From assembly GCA_030390025.1 (NCBI GenBank), contig CM059432.1:32676001-32740000 (forward strand): a stretch of DNA of 64,000 nt, written 5' to 3'. This document shows positions 37,567-49,207 of the stretch, piece by piece. Position numbers and translations under genes: made by a program. The notes beneath the pieces were generated by a model. That model made no database searches, had not been told where the DNA came from, and saw only the letters and a program-made list of their open reading frames with translations. The stretch's first letter is position 1, and every line of letters begins with the position of its first letter. This DNA comes from Squalus acanthias. Lineage: Eukaryota.

Positions 37567-37851
37567 ATTGAAGTATTAGCTTCAGGTGAGGATAGAGGGG
37601 AGAAACTAGAGAAGAAAAATAAGAAATACTTGATGAAGGGCGAAGTTGGAAAAGTTAGGACAGAAGATGAGATATTGAAGAAATTATTATTAGATTAGGC
37701 CAGCTTTGGTTTTAAATGCTGCATATTTGGAGTCCTGGGAAATTATGTAGAGTTGAAGTAAATTTCTTCATACCTGGCCCGTCACCAAGTATTTCTTATT
37801 TTTCTCCTCCAGTTTCTCGCCTCTAACCTCACCTGAAGCTAATACTTCAAT
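37567..37851. repeat. ~75-bp imperfect inverted repeat (37567-37641 / 37777-37851)
   Basis: attgaagtattagcttcaggtgagg...gaagggc versus gccc...cctcacctgaagctaatacttcaat. Confidence 0.85.
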
Positions 37852-39055
37852 GGGGTATGTTCCACAGGTGGCAGTTACCCTCAGGTACCTCACCAAAGCG
37901 GTCATTCATGTGTGAAACTCAACAGTGAGAGTCAGAAGGTTATCCAACTGCGCTGGAATCTATCCTCACACAGTGCTCACACATGCGACTTCCAGTATGT
38001 ATGGTTTGCTAAATAGTAATCAGGAACACAGAAACCTGCCTGATTTCCCCCCATCAAACCCAATTGTAGTTTCTATATCAATGTTCTAACTAAGATCAGC
38101 CAATACAGTGTAGACTGGGGATCAAACCTGGGAGCTTCCTGGCCTGTTTGGCTCAGAAATGGAGACTTTACCACCGAGTCATCAAAATGGTCCAAGGCTT
38201 TCTCAGCATTTAACAAGCAGGTTTCACACTCATGGCAGTCATACTGCCACTGATACAAATGGGAAACAATAGCTATCAAATCTTAGAAATAGTCAAATGT
38301 ATAATAATAACTCACACTGCCAGCATTATATTGCACTTTTGGCATAAGAATGTAAGAAATAGGAGCTGGAGTAGGCCATTTGGCCCTTCAAGTCTGCTCC
38401 GCCATTCAACAAGATCATGGCATTGACACACTCTGAAGCTCAACATACCTGACATGAATCTTGTCATTCATGACTTATGACTTAATACTGGGAGGCCTGC
38501 TGGTGGCGCTGTCCAGGGAGAGTATAAATACGCGGCCATGGGCCCAACTTGCTCAGGACATTCTTTAACAGGAACTAGTAAAGGACAACTAGATCTCCAT
38601 GTTGTAAAACAATTGATTAATATTTTGTTTAATGCTTAGACCAAGTGCCTAGTAGTTTTCTTACGTCAATACCATTTTGGCATCAATAGTGCAGTGCAAC
38701 AGTTGCATAAGAGACATTTATTTGCAACTTTAAATAATGGCCTACATTCTTCCCTCAACCAATACTACCAAAAATAAATTAATTGGCAATTTATCTCACT
38801 GTTTTGCATGATCTTGCTGTGCACAAAAATAGCCTCTGTGTTACTGGGGCAGAGGGGCTGGGGTAGAGAATGGGAGTGGTGGACACTGAGCAGGAAGTAG
38901 CAGTGATGTGAAGGGAGGTGACCAGCAGTCCAGAATTTAAAGAGAAGAGGGTACATGCTGCAATTGGAGAAGATTGCAGACATAGGGTGGCAGTGATGTC
39001 ATGCAGGGTTTGAAGCCAAGGAAGAGCAGACTACATATTCAAAAATTCAAGCTAC

Positions 39056-39276
39056 CTTTGAGTGAAGCAGATGTTTGGAGAGTCTTTGGCTCATGTTGGT
39101 GAATAGTGCCAATAATATCCGGATCAGAGTCGAAGTGATCACGGTCATTCTTCCAGAAGTTAGCCGGAGAGATGAGGAGGCAGCCATGTTCGGGAAGTAG
39201 ACTCTGTAACTTCTTTAACCCAGGGAGTAGATCAGTGACCTGGAGACAGACATTTTCTAGGCTTTTGGGGCCAGCA
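39056..39276 (-). CDS. SCAP: SCAP coding exon (approx. human exon 5), loop 1
   Basis: ttaacag|T GCT ... AAA G|gtagc; [73 protein letters not shown]; 221 nt. Confidence 0.97.
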
Positions 39277-39414
39277 CTGTTAATGATGAAAGAATATAAG
39301 TTACTAGCCAGCACCCAAAAGGTTTTTTTTGCTTACGGCAACACCATGCTTTGGTGTTGGGAGCTTTGTCTACATGGTGAGAATCTGTGGCACTTGGGTG
39401 AATGCTTTGTTTTT

Positions 39415-40720
39415 GGATCATAGAATCATAGAATAGTACAGCACAGAAGGAGGTCATTCGGCCCATCGAGTCTGCGCCGGCTCTTTCAAAGAGCAATCCA
39501 GTTAGTCCCACTCCTCTGCTCTTCCCCATATCCCTGCAATTTTGTCTCCTTCAAGTATTTATCCAATTCCTTTTTGAAGGCTACTATTGAATCTGTATCC
39601 ATCACCCTATCAGGCAGTGCATTCCAAATCCTAACCACTCGTTGCATGTCGCCTCTGGTTCTTTTGGTAATCACCTTAAATCTGTGCCCTCTTGTTCTCA
39701 ACCCTTTAGCCATTTGAAGCAGTTTCACTTTATTTACTCTATCTAAATCCTTCATGATTTTAAACACCTCTATCAAATTTCCTCGTAACCTTAATACAAT
39801 AGCAAAATACTGCGGATGCTGGAAATCTGAAATAACAGAAAATGTTGGAAACACTCAGCAGGCCAGGCAGCATCCGTAGAGAGAGAAACAGAGTTAACGT
39901 TTCAGATCTGTGACCCTTCGTCAGAGGGTTTTCTCCTCTTAACCTTCTCTGCTCTAAGGAGAACAACAACAGCTTCTCCAGTCTATTCACGTAACTGTAA
40001 TCCCTCATCCCTGGAACCATTCTAGTAAATCTCTTCTGTACCCTCTCCAAAGCTTTCACGTCCTTCCTAAAGTGTGGTGCCCAGAATTGGACACAATACT
40101 CCAGCTGGGGCTGAACTATAAAGCCCAGAATTCCATATGCTTTATTAACTGCTTTGTTAACCTGTCCTGCCACCTTCAAAGATTTGTGCACAAACACCCA
40201 CAGTCTCTCTCTTTTTGCACCCCTTTAAAAGTGTACCATTTAGCATGTATTGTCTCTCCTCATTCTTCCTACTAAAATGTGTCACCTCACACTTTTCTGT
40301 GTTGAATTTTATCTGCCATATGTCCACCCACTCCACCAGCCTGCCTGTGTCCTTTTGAAGTCTATTACTATCTTCCTCACTGTTTACTACACTTCCAAGT
40401 TTCGTGTCATCTGCAAATTTTGAAATTGTGCCCTATCCCCCCCAAGTCCAAGTGATTAACGAACATCAACAACTGCAATGGTCCGAGTACTGAACCTTGG
40501 GGAACTCCACTGAATATCTCCAGTCCGCAAAACAGCCATTCACAACTCTGTTTTCTATCACTTAGCCAATTTTTTATCCATGCTACTACTGCCCCTTTTA
40601 TCCCATGGGCTTCAATTTTTTAACAAGTCTATATGTGGTACTTTATATAACGCCTTTTGAAAGTTCATATACACAACATCAACTGCACTGCCCTCATCCA
40701 CCTTCTCTGTGAACTCATCA
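39415..40720 (-). mobile_element. CR1 LINE fragment with a Penelope pseudo-LTR piece inserted at ~39793-39931
   Basis: LEYCVQFWAPHFRKDV...; the insert matches 45740-45844 and is flanked by a degenerate cctc.taacctt duplication. Confidence 0.85.
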
Positions 40721-40899
40721 AAACAATGCGTACAATTTCATTAGGAACATTTAAGTCTGCTCTCAATTTCCAATATTTTAACAAATAGTTTCATCAGTAA
40801 TTTAACATAACCCACAAAAATATGTATTGATGATCTATAAATGGCAAATAAATTACATTCATTTTTCTTATGAATGAAAGAGTAGCAACTCAACCTCCA

Positions 40900-41378
40900 T
40901 TCCACAACACCCAAGAAGCTCGACACCATCCAGGACAAAGCAGCCCACTTGATCGGCACCCCATCCACCACCTTAAACATTCACTCCCTCCACCACCGGC
41001 GTACCGTGGCTGCAGTGTGCACCATCTACAAGATGCACTGCAGCAACTCGCCAAGGCTTCTTCGACAGCACCTCCCAAACCTGCGACTTCCACCACCTAG
41101 AAGGACAAGGGCAGCAGGCGCATGGGAACACCATCACCTGCAAGTTCCCCTCCAAGTTACACATCATCCTGACTTGGAAATATATCGCCATTCCTTCATC
41201 GTCGCTTGGTCAAAATCCTGGAACTCCCTACCTAACAGCACTGTGGGAGTAACTTCAGCACATGGACTGCAATGTTTCAAGAAGGCGGCTCACCACCACC
41301 TTCTCAAGGGCAGTTAGGGATGGGCAATAAATGCTGGCCTTGCCAGCGACGCCCACATCACAGGAATGAATTAAAAAA
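40900..41378 (+). mobile_element. Non-LTR retrotransposon 3' end, RTE-X-like (tentative)
   Basis: IGTPSTTLNIHSLHHRRTVAAVCTIYKMHC; AATAAA and A-rich tail; homologous to 28615-29650. Confidence 0.75.
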
Positions 41379-41914
41379 ATACATCAGCAATTGATTATTA
41401 GAATTAAAATCACAAACCAAGGACATGTCCCAATTGCACATTTATAATATTTTTACAAGCACATAAAATACACAAGATATCTGACTCAAAGATGAAAGTG
41501 CTACCACTAAACCATGGCTGACATCTCAGTTGAGCAGCCTGGGAAGATGTTTTAAAAAGTCTACAATGTTGTTCCCCAGATAGTTTATCTAAGGAGTAGC
41601 TGAGTTGAGTCATATAGACCAGGAAGGTCTCAGATTTGATCATAGAATCATAGAAAGTTACAGCACGGAAGGAGGCCATTTCGGCACATCATATCCGCGC
41701 CGGCCAACAAAGAGCTATCCAGCCTAATCCCACTTCCCAGCTCTTGGTCCGTAGCCCTGCAGGTTAGAGCATCCCAAGTGCATCTCAGTTTGTCTTGTGT
41801 TACCTGATCTCAGCTGTGATGGCAGTATGGGTGCTTTAATTGGTCTCAATTTAACTGGGCAAGAGAGGAAATCAGCTAGAGCTCCTGCTCCTGATTGTTA
41901 ATCAACAACTGGAA

Positions 41915-43045
41915 TTGCAGACTGGTCAGAAAAGTAAAGCCCATGGGATCCAAGGGAAAGTGGCAGGTTGGATCCAAAATTGGCTCAGTGGCAGGAAGCA
42001 AAGGGTAATGGTCGAAGGATGTTTTTGTGACTGCAAAGCTGTTTCCAGTGGGGTTCTGCAGAGCTCAGTACTAAGTCCCCTGCTTTTTGTGGTATACTTC
42101 AATGATTGAGACTTCAATGTAGGGGGCATGATAAAGGAGTTTGCAGATGATACAAAAATTGGCCATGTGGTTGATAGTAAGGAAGAAAGCTGTGGACTGC
42201 AGGAATAAATCAATGCACTGGTCAGGTGGGCAGAAAAGTGGCAAATGGAATTCAATCTGGAGAAGTGAGAGGTAATGCATTTGTGGAGGGCTAACAAGGC
42301 AAGGGAATACACTATAAATGGTAGGATACTGAGAAGTGTAGAGGAACAGAGGGACCTTAGAGTGCATGTCCACAGATCCCTGAAGGTAGCAGGACAGGTA
42401 GATAAGGTGGTTAAGAAGGCATACGGGATACTTTACTTTATTAGTTGAAGCACAGAATTTAAGAGCAGGGAGTTTATGCTTGAACTGTATAAAACATGAA
42501 TTAGGCCACAGCTGTGTACATTTCTGGTCACCACATTCCAGGAAAGATGTGATTGCATTAGAGATCGTACAGAGGAGATTTACGAGGGTGTTGCCAGGAG
42601 TGGAGAATTTTAGCTATGAGGAAAGATTGGATAGGCTGGGGTTGTTTTCTTTGGAACAGAGGAGGCTGAGGGGAGGCTTCATTGAGGTGTACAAAATTAT
42701 GAGGGGCATAGATGGAGTGGATAGGAAGGACCTATTTCCCCTAGCAGAGAGGTCAATAACCAGGGGGCATAGATTTAAAGTAATTGGGAGAAGGATTAGA
42801 GGGGAGTTGAGAACTTTTTCACCCAGAGGGTGGTGGGGGTCTGGAATCTGAAAGGGTGGTAGAGGCAGAAACGCTCATCACATTTAAAAAGTACTTGGAT
42901 ATGTACTTGAAGTGCCGTAACCAACAAGGCTATGGACCAAGAGCTGGAAAGTGGGATTAGGCTAGATAGCTCTTTTTTGGCTGGCACAGACATGATGGGT
43001 CGAATGGCCTCCTTCTGTGCCTTAAATTTCTATGATTCTATGATA
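41915..43045 (+). mobile_element. CR1 LINE RT and 3' fragment
   Basis: WIQNWLSGRKQRV, LGLFSLEQRRLRG; (ttctatga) tail. Confidence 0.88.
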
Positions 43046-43308
43046 CATGTTTAAACTGATCGCTCACAACACAGTTTGCTATATTTACTTTTCCTGTTTT
43101 TCTCATTCATTGTGTTATTTCCTTTCCTTCTTGCAGGAATCTAACAGCTTATAAAACTTAATGCAATCGATAGAAAACAAATCTAGTGTGGGACACATCT
43201 GAAGCTAAGATTGCAACTTGGACTTCTCGAATTATATATGCAATGGAAACACCAGCCATGAGCTTTGAAATTAAGACAAACAGTATGAATAATCAAATCC
43301 CTTCCTAC

Positions 43309-43466
43309 CTGTCTTGAAAGACGTGATTTCTTACTTCTTCCACCAGCTGAAAAACTTTTGATAGGGGGGCACGAAATACATCCACAGCAATTAGGTTTTT
43401 GTTCCAAGGGGATACAATAGCTTTTACAAATATCTGCTGGATATACGCAACTGGAGGTCCGACATA
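43309..43466 (-). CDS. SCAP: SCAP coding exon (approx. human exon 4), loop 1
   Basis: ttctag|TAT GTC ... GAC AG|gtagga; [52 protein letters not shown](S); 158 nt. This frame is not in the ORF track and was read manually. Confidence 0.96.
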
Positions 43467-43982
43467 CTAGAAAGAAAAAAGGACAGAAATTCACACTTCA
43501 CTTTAAGGACTAACTGAATCAAGACTAGACTTCAAGTGACACAAACACTGCTTTATATAAAATGACCAGAATGTGCCAATCTGCAACTTTGCTATTCAAC
43601 AATAGGTGCATTTTCATGTACATCTTCTGGGGCTTAAAGCTCAGAATTATGAAGTGATTCATGAAACTGAATTTGTCTTCAAGGAAGAAGTTTGTGAAGC
43701 AGAGTGAGCTGGGTCTTCAAAGTGATCTGAATCTTAAAATAGATGGGAATTAAGTTGGTTAGTGCATACTGTGATCACAGAACTAGAGGAACAGTGTACA
43801 GATTTAACAAGTTTCCAGAGACTGGAGATTATAGAGCCACTGATGCGTGGGTTGGCCCTGTAGCACTACAGTGCCTTAGAACTCTAAAGCCTTAGCCTAC
43901 TAAGTGCCAGTTTCTGTAGGATACAGAACAATGCAGCAAAGAAGTATCTGTGACTCTGTATACTTACTATGCACTCTGTTTG

Positions 43983-45205
43983 GGGATTGGGGGGAATATT
44001 CTGGCATGGATGGAGGATTGGTTATCTAACAGGAAGCAGAGAGTTGGGATAAATGGTTCATTCTCGGACTGGCAACCAGTAGCCAGTGGTGTTCCGCAGG
44101 GGTCGGTGCTGGGTCCCCAACTCTTTACAATCTATATTAACGATTTGGAGGAGGGGACCGAGTTTAACATATCAAAGTTTGCAGATGATACAAAGATGGG
44201 AGGGAAAGTAGAAAGTGAGGAGGACATAAAAAACCTACAAGGGGATATAGACAAGCTGGGTGAGTGGGCAGAGATTTGGCAGATGCAATACAATATTGGA
44301 AAATGTGAGGTTATGCACTTTGGCAAGAAAAATCAGAGAGCAAGTTATTATCTTAATGGCGAGAAACTGGAAAGTACTGCAGTACAAAGGGATCTGGGGG
44401 TCCTAGTGCAAGAAAATCAAAAAGTTAGTATGCAGGTGCAGCAGGTGATCAAGAAGGCCAACGGAATGTTGGCTTTTATTGCTAGGGGGATAGATTATAA
44501 AAACAGGGAGGTATTGCTGCAGTTATATAAGGTGAGACCGCACCTGGAATACTGCATACAGTTTTGGTGTCCATACTTAAGAAAAGACATACTTGCTCTC
44601 GAGGCAGTACAAAGAAGGTTCACTCGGTTAATCCCCGGGATGAGGGGGTGGACATACGAGGAGAGGTTGAGTAGATTGGGACTCTACTCATTGGAGTTCA
44701 GAAGAATGAGAGGCGATCTTATTGAAACATATAAGATTGTGAAGGGGCTTGATCGGGTGGATGCGGTAAGGATGTTCCCAAGGATGGGTGAAACTAGAAC
44801 TAGGGGGCATAATCTTAGAATAAGGGGCTGCTCTTTCAAAACTGAGATGAGGAGAAACTTCTTCACTCAGAGGGTAGTAGGTCTGTGGAATTTGCTGCCC
44901 CAGGAAGCTGTGGAAGCTACATCATTAAATAAATTTAAAACAGAAATAGACAGTTTCCTAGAAGTAAAGGGAATTAGGGGTTATGGGGAGCGGGCAGGAA
45001 ATTGGACATGAGGCTGAGTTCGGATCGGTCGAGGCCCTGTGGGTGGCGTAGCGGGCCCAGGGGCTGAGTGGCCGGGTCCTGCTCCTACTTCTTGTGTTCT
45101 TTAGATTTGAGGTGAGGATCAGATCAGCCATGATCTTATTGAATGGCGGAGCAGGCTCGAAGGGCCGATTGGCCTACTCCCGCTCCTATTTCTTATGTTC
45201 TTATT
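43983..45205 (+). mobile_element. Young 5'-truncated CR1 with ~340 uninterrupted ORF2 codons and a doubled 3' tail
   Basis: ORF 43950-45011: GVPQGSVLGPQLF, SKFADDTK, HLEYCIQFW, RNFFTQRVV; two successive tail modules. Confidence 0.92.
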
Positions 45206-45733
45206 TAGACCAGAGTAGTATGGAAATTAGGGGATTGCCCTGCAATGCACTTAGACTGCCACAGCAGTGCTCCAGACAATCAGTGTCAATGTGAAGTGGG
45301 GGATTTGACAGGAGTGACTTGCTGCCAGTAGTTGCTTGGTTTTGGAGCAATTCCTGTGCTTCTTTGTGTTTACCTGTTAATCTGTTCATCTGCTTTGCAA
45401 GAAATTAATTTACAGATAGCTTCAAAAAGCTGGACCCCATCAGCTTCTGAGCCGCGCTGATAACATTAAAAAAATATTGAGGTAGTTCCCCTTTAAGGGC
45501 AACCATCAGAGTGTCAACTTGGTTCAGTTGCCAGTACTCTGGCCTCTGAATGCAAAGGTTGTGGGTGTAAAACACACTCCTGAACTTCAGCACACAATCT
45601 ATTAAATACTGAGGGAGTGCAGCATTGTTGGAAATGCCAATGAGATAGCAAACTGAGGTTGCTTCTGTCTGTTCAAGTGAAAGGTGTTATATAAATGCAA
45701 GTCTATCTTTCAATCAGCAGCCAAATATGTCAT

Positions 45734-48187
45734 ATAAAACAATAGCAAAATACTGCGGATGTTGGAAATCTGAAATAACAACAGAAAATGCTGGAAACAC
45801 TCAGCAGGCCAGGCAGCATCCGTGGAGAGAGAAACAGAGTTAACGGCCCAGAAATTCCGTTCACAGCCCTCCCGTGGGCGGACGGCTGCGATTTGGAAAA
45901 ATCTCCACCTGGACCGGAGGGCTCCCGGGAGGCGCAGAGTTCCGTTGCTGTGCCTCTTCAAACTGCCGGTGTGCAGGGCACGCGTATCCCAGGGGCGCAG
46001 CTAGTTTGCAGCGTCCCTGAGATCACGTGGGCCATGGGGAGCCAATCAGAGCAGGGAATCTCCATTCATAGATTTGACAGGAAGACCTGTCAAATCTATG
46101 AATAGAGATCACCCCCAAAACATAAGTAAAACTTCAAATAAATTTTTAAAAAAACATCACATTTTTAAAATGACTATAAATTACATAAATTAACTATTTT
46201 AAACAAAAATTTAAATTTTTGAAAAAAAATAATAAAAGTTTTTAACGGGGCTAAAAATAAATTTACCTTTCTTTAAAGTATTTTAAAATGATAAATCAGT
46301 GGAAAAAATTGTTTTTTTTTTTACTTTCTTCAACTCTTAGCCTAGTAAAAGCAGGCGCAAGAATTGTAAGTGTTTTCTGTGGGCGGAGGGTCTCCAAAAA
46401 ATAGAACTCTCCACCCGCAGAGGCCCTGCTCCAGCGCAGCCGGAGGATCTGTCAAGAGCTTTCTTGACAGATCGGAAATGCCGGTTTCCAGCGCATGCGC
46501 AGTGCATGCCTAAAACCGGCATTTCCGTTGGCCCTACGGGTGAGTACAGCGCGTACACACCCGTAGGGACCAGAATTTCTGCCTCAACGTTTCAGGTCTG
46601 TGACCGTTTGGCAGAACTGGAAAAAGTTAGGGATGTAACAGGTTTTAAGCAGGTGCAGAGGCAGGGAAAGGGGGAGGAGGGGAGGAAGGAACAGAAGGGA
46701 CGGTCTGTGCTAGGAGAGATTAAATGTTGCAAATGGGGATGGCAGAATAATCAACAGCTGCCGCCTGAAAAAATGGGGCCAGGGGTTATATTCTGAAATT
46801 GTTGAACTCAATGTTGAGTCCAGAAGGCTGTAAAGTCCCTAATCGAAAGATGAGGTGCTGTTCCTCGAACTTACGTTGAGCTTCATTGGAACAGTGTAAG
46901 AGGCCGAGGACAGAGAGGTCAGAGTGGGAGTGGAGTGGAGAATTAAAGTGACAAACGACCGGAAGCTCAGGGTCACCCTTATGGACTGAATGGAGGTGCT
47001 CCGCAAAGCGGTCACCCAATCTGCGTTTGGTCTCCCAAATGTAGAGGAGACCGCATCGTGAGCAGCAAATACAGTATACTAAATTGCAAGAAGTACAAGT
47101 AAATCGCTGTTTCACCTGGAAGGGGTGTTTGGGGGCCTAGACAGTGGGAAGGGAGGAGGTAAAAGGGCAGGTGTTGCATCTCCTGCGCTTGCACGGGAAG
47201 GTGCCGTGGGGAGGGGAGGGGCTGTTGGGGGTGATTGAAGAGTGGACCAGGGTGTTGCGGAGGGAGCGGTCCCTTCGGAATGCTGAAAGGGGAGGGGAGG
47301 GGAAGATGCGTTTGGTGGTGGGATCACGTTGGAAGTGGCGGAAGATGATTCGTTGAATGTGGAGGCTGGTGGGGTGAAAGGTGAGGACAAGGGGAACCCT
47401 ATCGTGGTTTTGGGAGGAGAAGGGGTGAGAGCAGAAGTACGGGAAATGGAACGGACATGGTCGAGGGCCATGCCAACCACGGTAGAGGGGAATCCTCGGT
47501 TGAGGAAAAAGGAAGACACATCGGAAGCACTGGTATGGAAGGTGGCATCGTCAGAAAAGACCCGGTGGAGACGAAGAAACTGGGAGAATGGAATGGAGTC
47601 CTTACAGGAAGCTGGGGGGGGGGGGGGGGGGAAGGAAGTGTAGTCCAGGTAGCTGTGGGAGTCAGTGGGCTTGTGGTGGATGTTTGTCGATAGCCTATCC
47701 CCAGAAATGGAGACAGAGAAGTCAAGGAAGGGAAGGGAAGAGTCGGAGATGGACCATGTGAAGGTGAGGGAAGGGTGGAAATTGGAAGCAAAGTGAATGA
47801 AATTTTCTAGTTCAGGGCGAGAGCAGAAATGGCAGAAATACACTCATCAATGTACAGGAAAAAGAGGTGAGGCAGAGGGCCTGAGTAGGACTGGAACAAA
47901 GAATGTTCCACATATCCCATGAAAAGGCAAGCATAGCTCGGGCCCATGCGGGTTCCCATAGCAACACCTTTAATTTGGAGGAAGTGAGTGGAGTCAAAGG
48001 AGAAGTTGTTCAATGTGGGGAGCGGACAGGGAAGTGGCTTTGAGCCCAAGATCAGCCATGATCTTATTGAATAGCGGAGCAGGCTCGAGGGGCCAAGTGG
48101 CCTATTCCTGCTCCTATTTCTTATGTAATATGAGAACAAGTTCAGCCAGGCGGAGGAGGGTGGTGGTGGATGGGGACTGGTTGGGCT
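45734..48187 (-). mobile_element. 5'-truncated Penelope-like element (RT plus GIY-YIG) with a nested MITE and a CR1 tail
   Basis: [23 protein letters not shown](E)C, LPFLDFSV, SIPFSQFLRL, NLVYCICCSRCGLLYI.ETKR; TSD AAATATGTCAT at 45723-45733 and 48188-48198; CR1 tail at ~48018-48128. Confidence 0.92.
45845..46585 (+). mobile_element. Harbinger-type MITE (same family as 55333-56092)
   Basis: TIR GGCCCAGAAATTC / GAATTTCTGCCTC; TSD AAC; GC-AT-GC tripartite body. Confidence 0.85.
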
Positions 48188-48299
48188 AAATATGTCATGC
48201 TCTGTCTGCTATGTTAATAATTGGCACAAAGTCAGTTCACTTCAGTGCAAGCACGTCCTACTGCCATTATGCCAGAACTGTATTATCAGCTGCTAAAAG

Positions 48300-48890
48300 A
48301 ATTAATCTTACAACAACACTTGCATTTAAATAGCACCTTTAACATAGAAAAAATATCCCATGGCACTTTACAAAAGTGTAAGGAGAAAAAGGATGCTAAG
48401 CCAAAGAATATATTAGGAGAGGTGACTAAAAGGTGGATTTGAAGAAGAATTTTAAAGGAGATGAAAGAGTTCAGTGAAGGAATTTCAGAGCTGGGGCCTA
48501 GACAACTTAAGGTATGGCTGCTAAAGGGTGTGATGGGAGGGAGAGATGCACAAAAGGACAGAGGAATGGAGGGTTTGGAGATATGTAGAAATGAAGGAGG
48601 TTACAAAGATGGGGAGGAACAATGTCATGAAAGGTTTCAGCAGAAGTATGTGAATTTAAAATCTGAGGCAGTGGAGGATTGGGAGTCAGTGTAGGTCAGC
48701 GAGGACAGGGGTGATGGATGAGCGGGACTTGGTGCAGGATAGGATTCAGGCAGCAGAGTTTTAGATAAACTGAAATTTATGGAGGGTGGAAGATGGAAGT
48801 TGGCTCGGAGAGCACTGAAATAGTCGAGTCTGGAGGTATGGTCGCATGGATGAAGTGAAATGAGTTGAGGTTGGGGTGGAGGTGGGTGGT
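48300..48890 (-). mobile_element. L2-clade LINE 3' fragment, degraded
   Basis: Similar to 62700-63420 (ttgcattta.atagcacctttaac tail; gcagcagagtttt). Confidence 0.65.
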
Positions 48891-49207
48891 TAAAGAGGTA
48901 GAAATAGGTGGGTCTAAAAATCTTGATGCGCGATTAACCCGCGCCCATTCAAAGTAGTGCAGGCAGCATGCAAATTTCATGCTGCCTGCTAATTATAATG
49001 ATAGTGGCGTGCAATCCAGCACTAAACGCGCTGCTGAGCGGCTACACGCTCAACAGGGGACCCAAGTTTGAGCGAGGCTAGCACCAATTAAAGCTTGCCT
49101 GCAGTTCTTAAAGCCTGTTTGCACCTCTTAAAGGGGAGGTGCATTCTGGCTGCAGCAGGTACTGGAAGTTTTTGTAGAGGAGTGTGTGGCCTACAAGAAG
49201 AGTGAAG

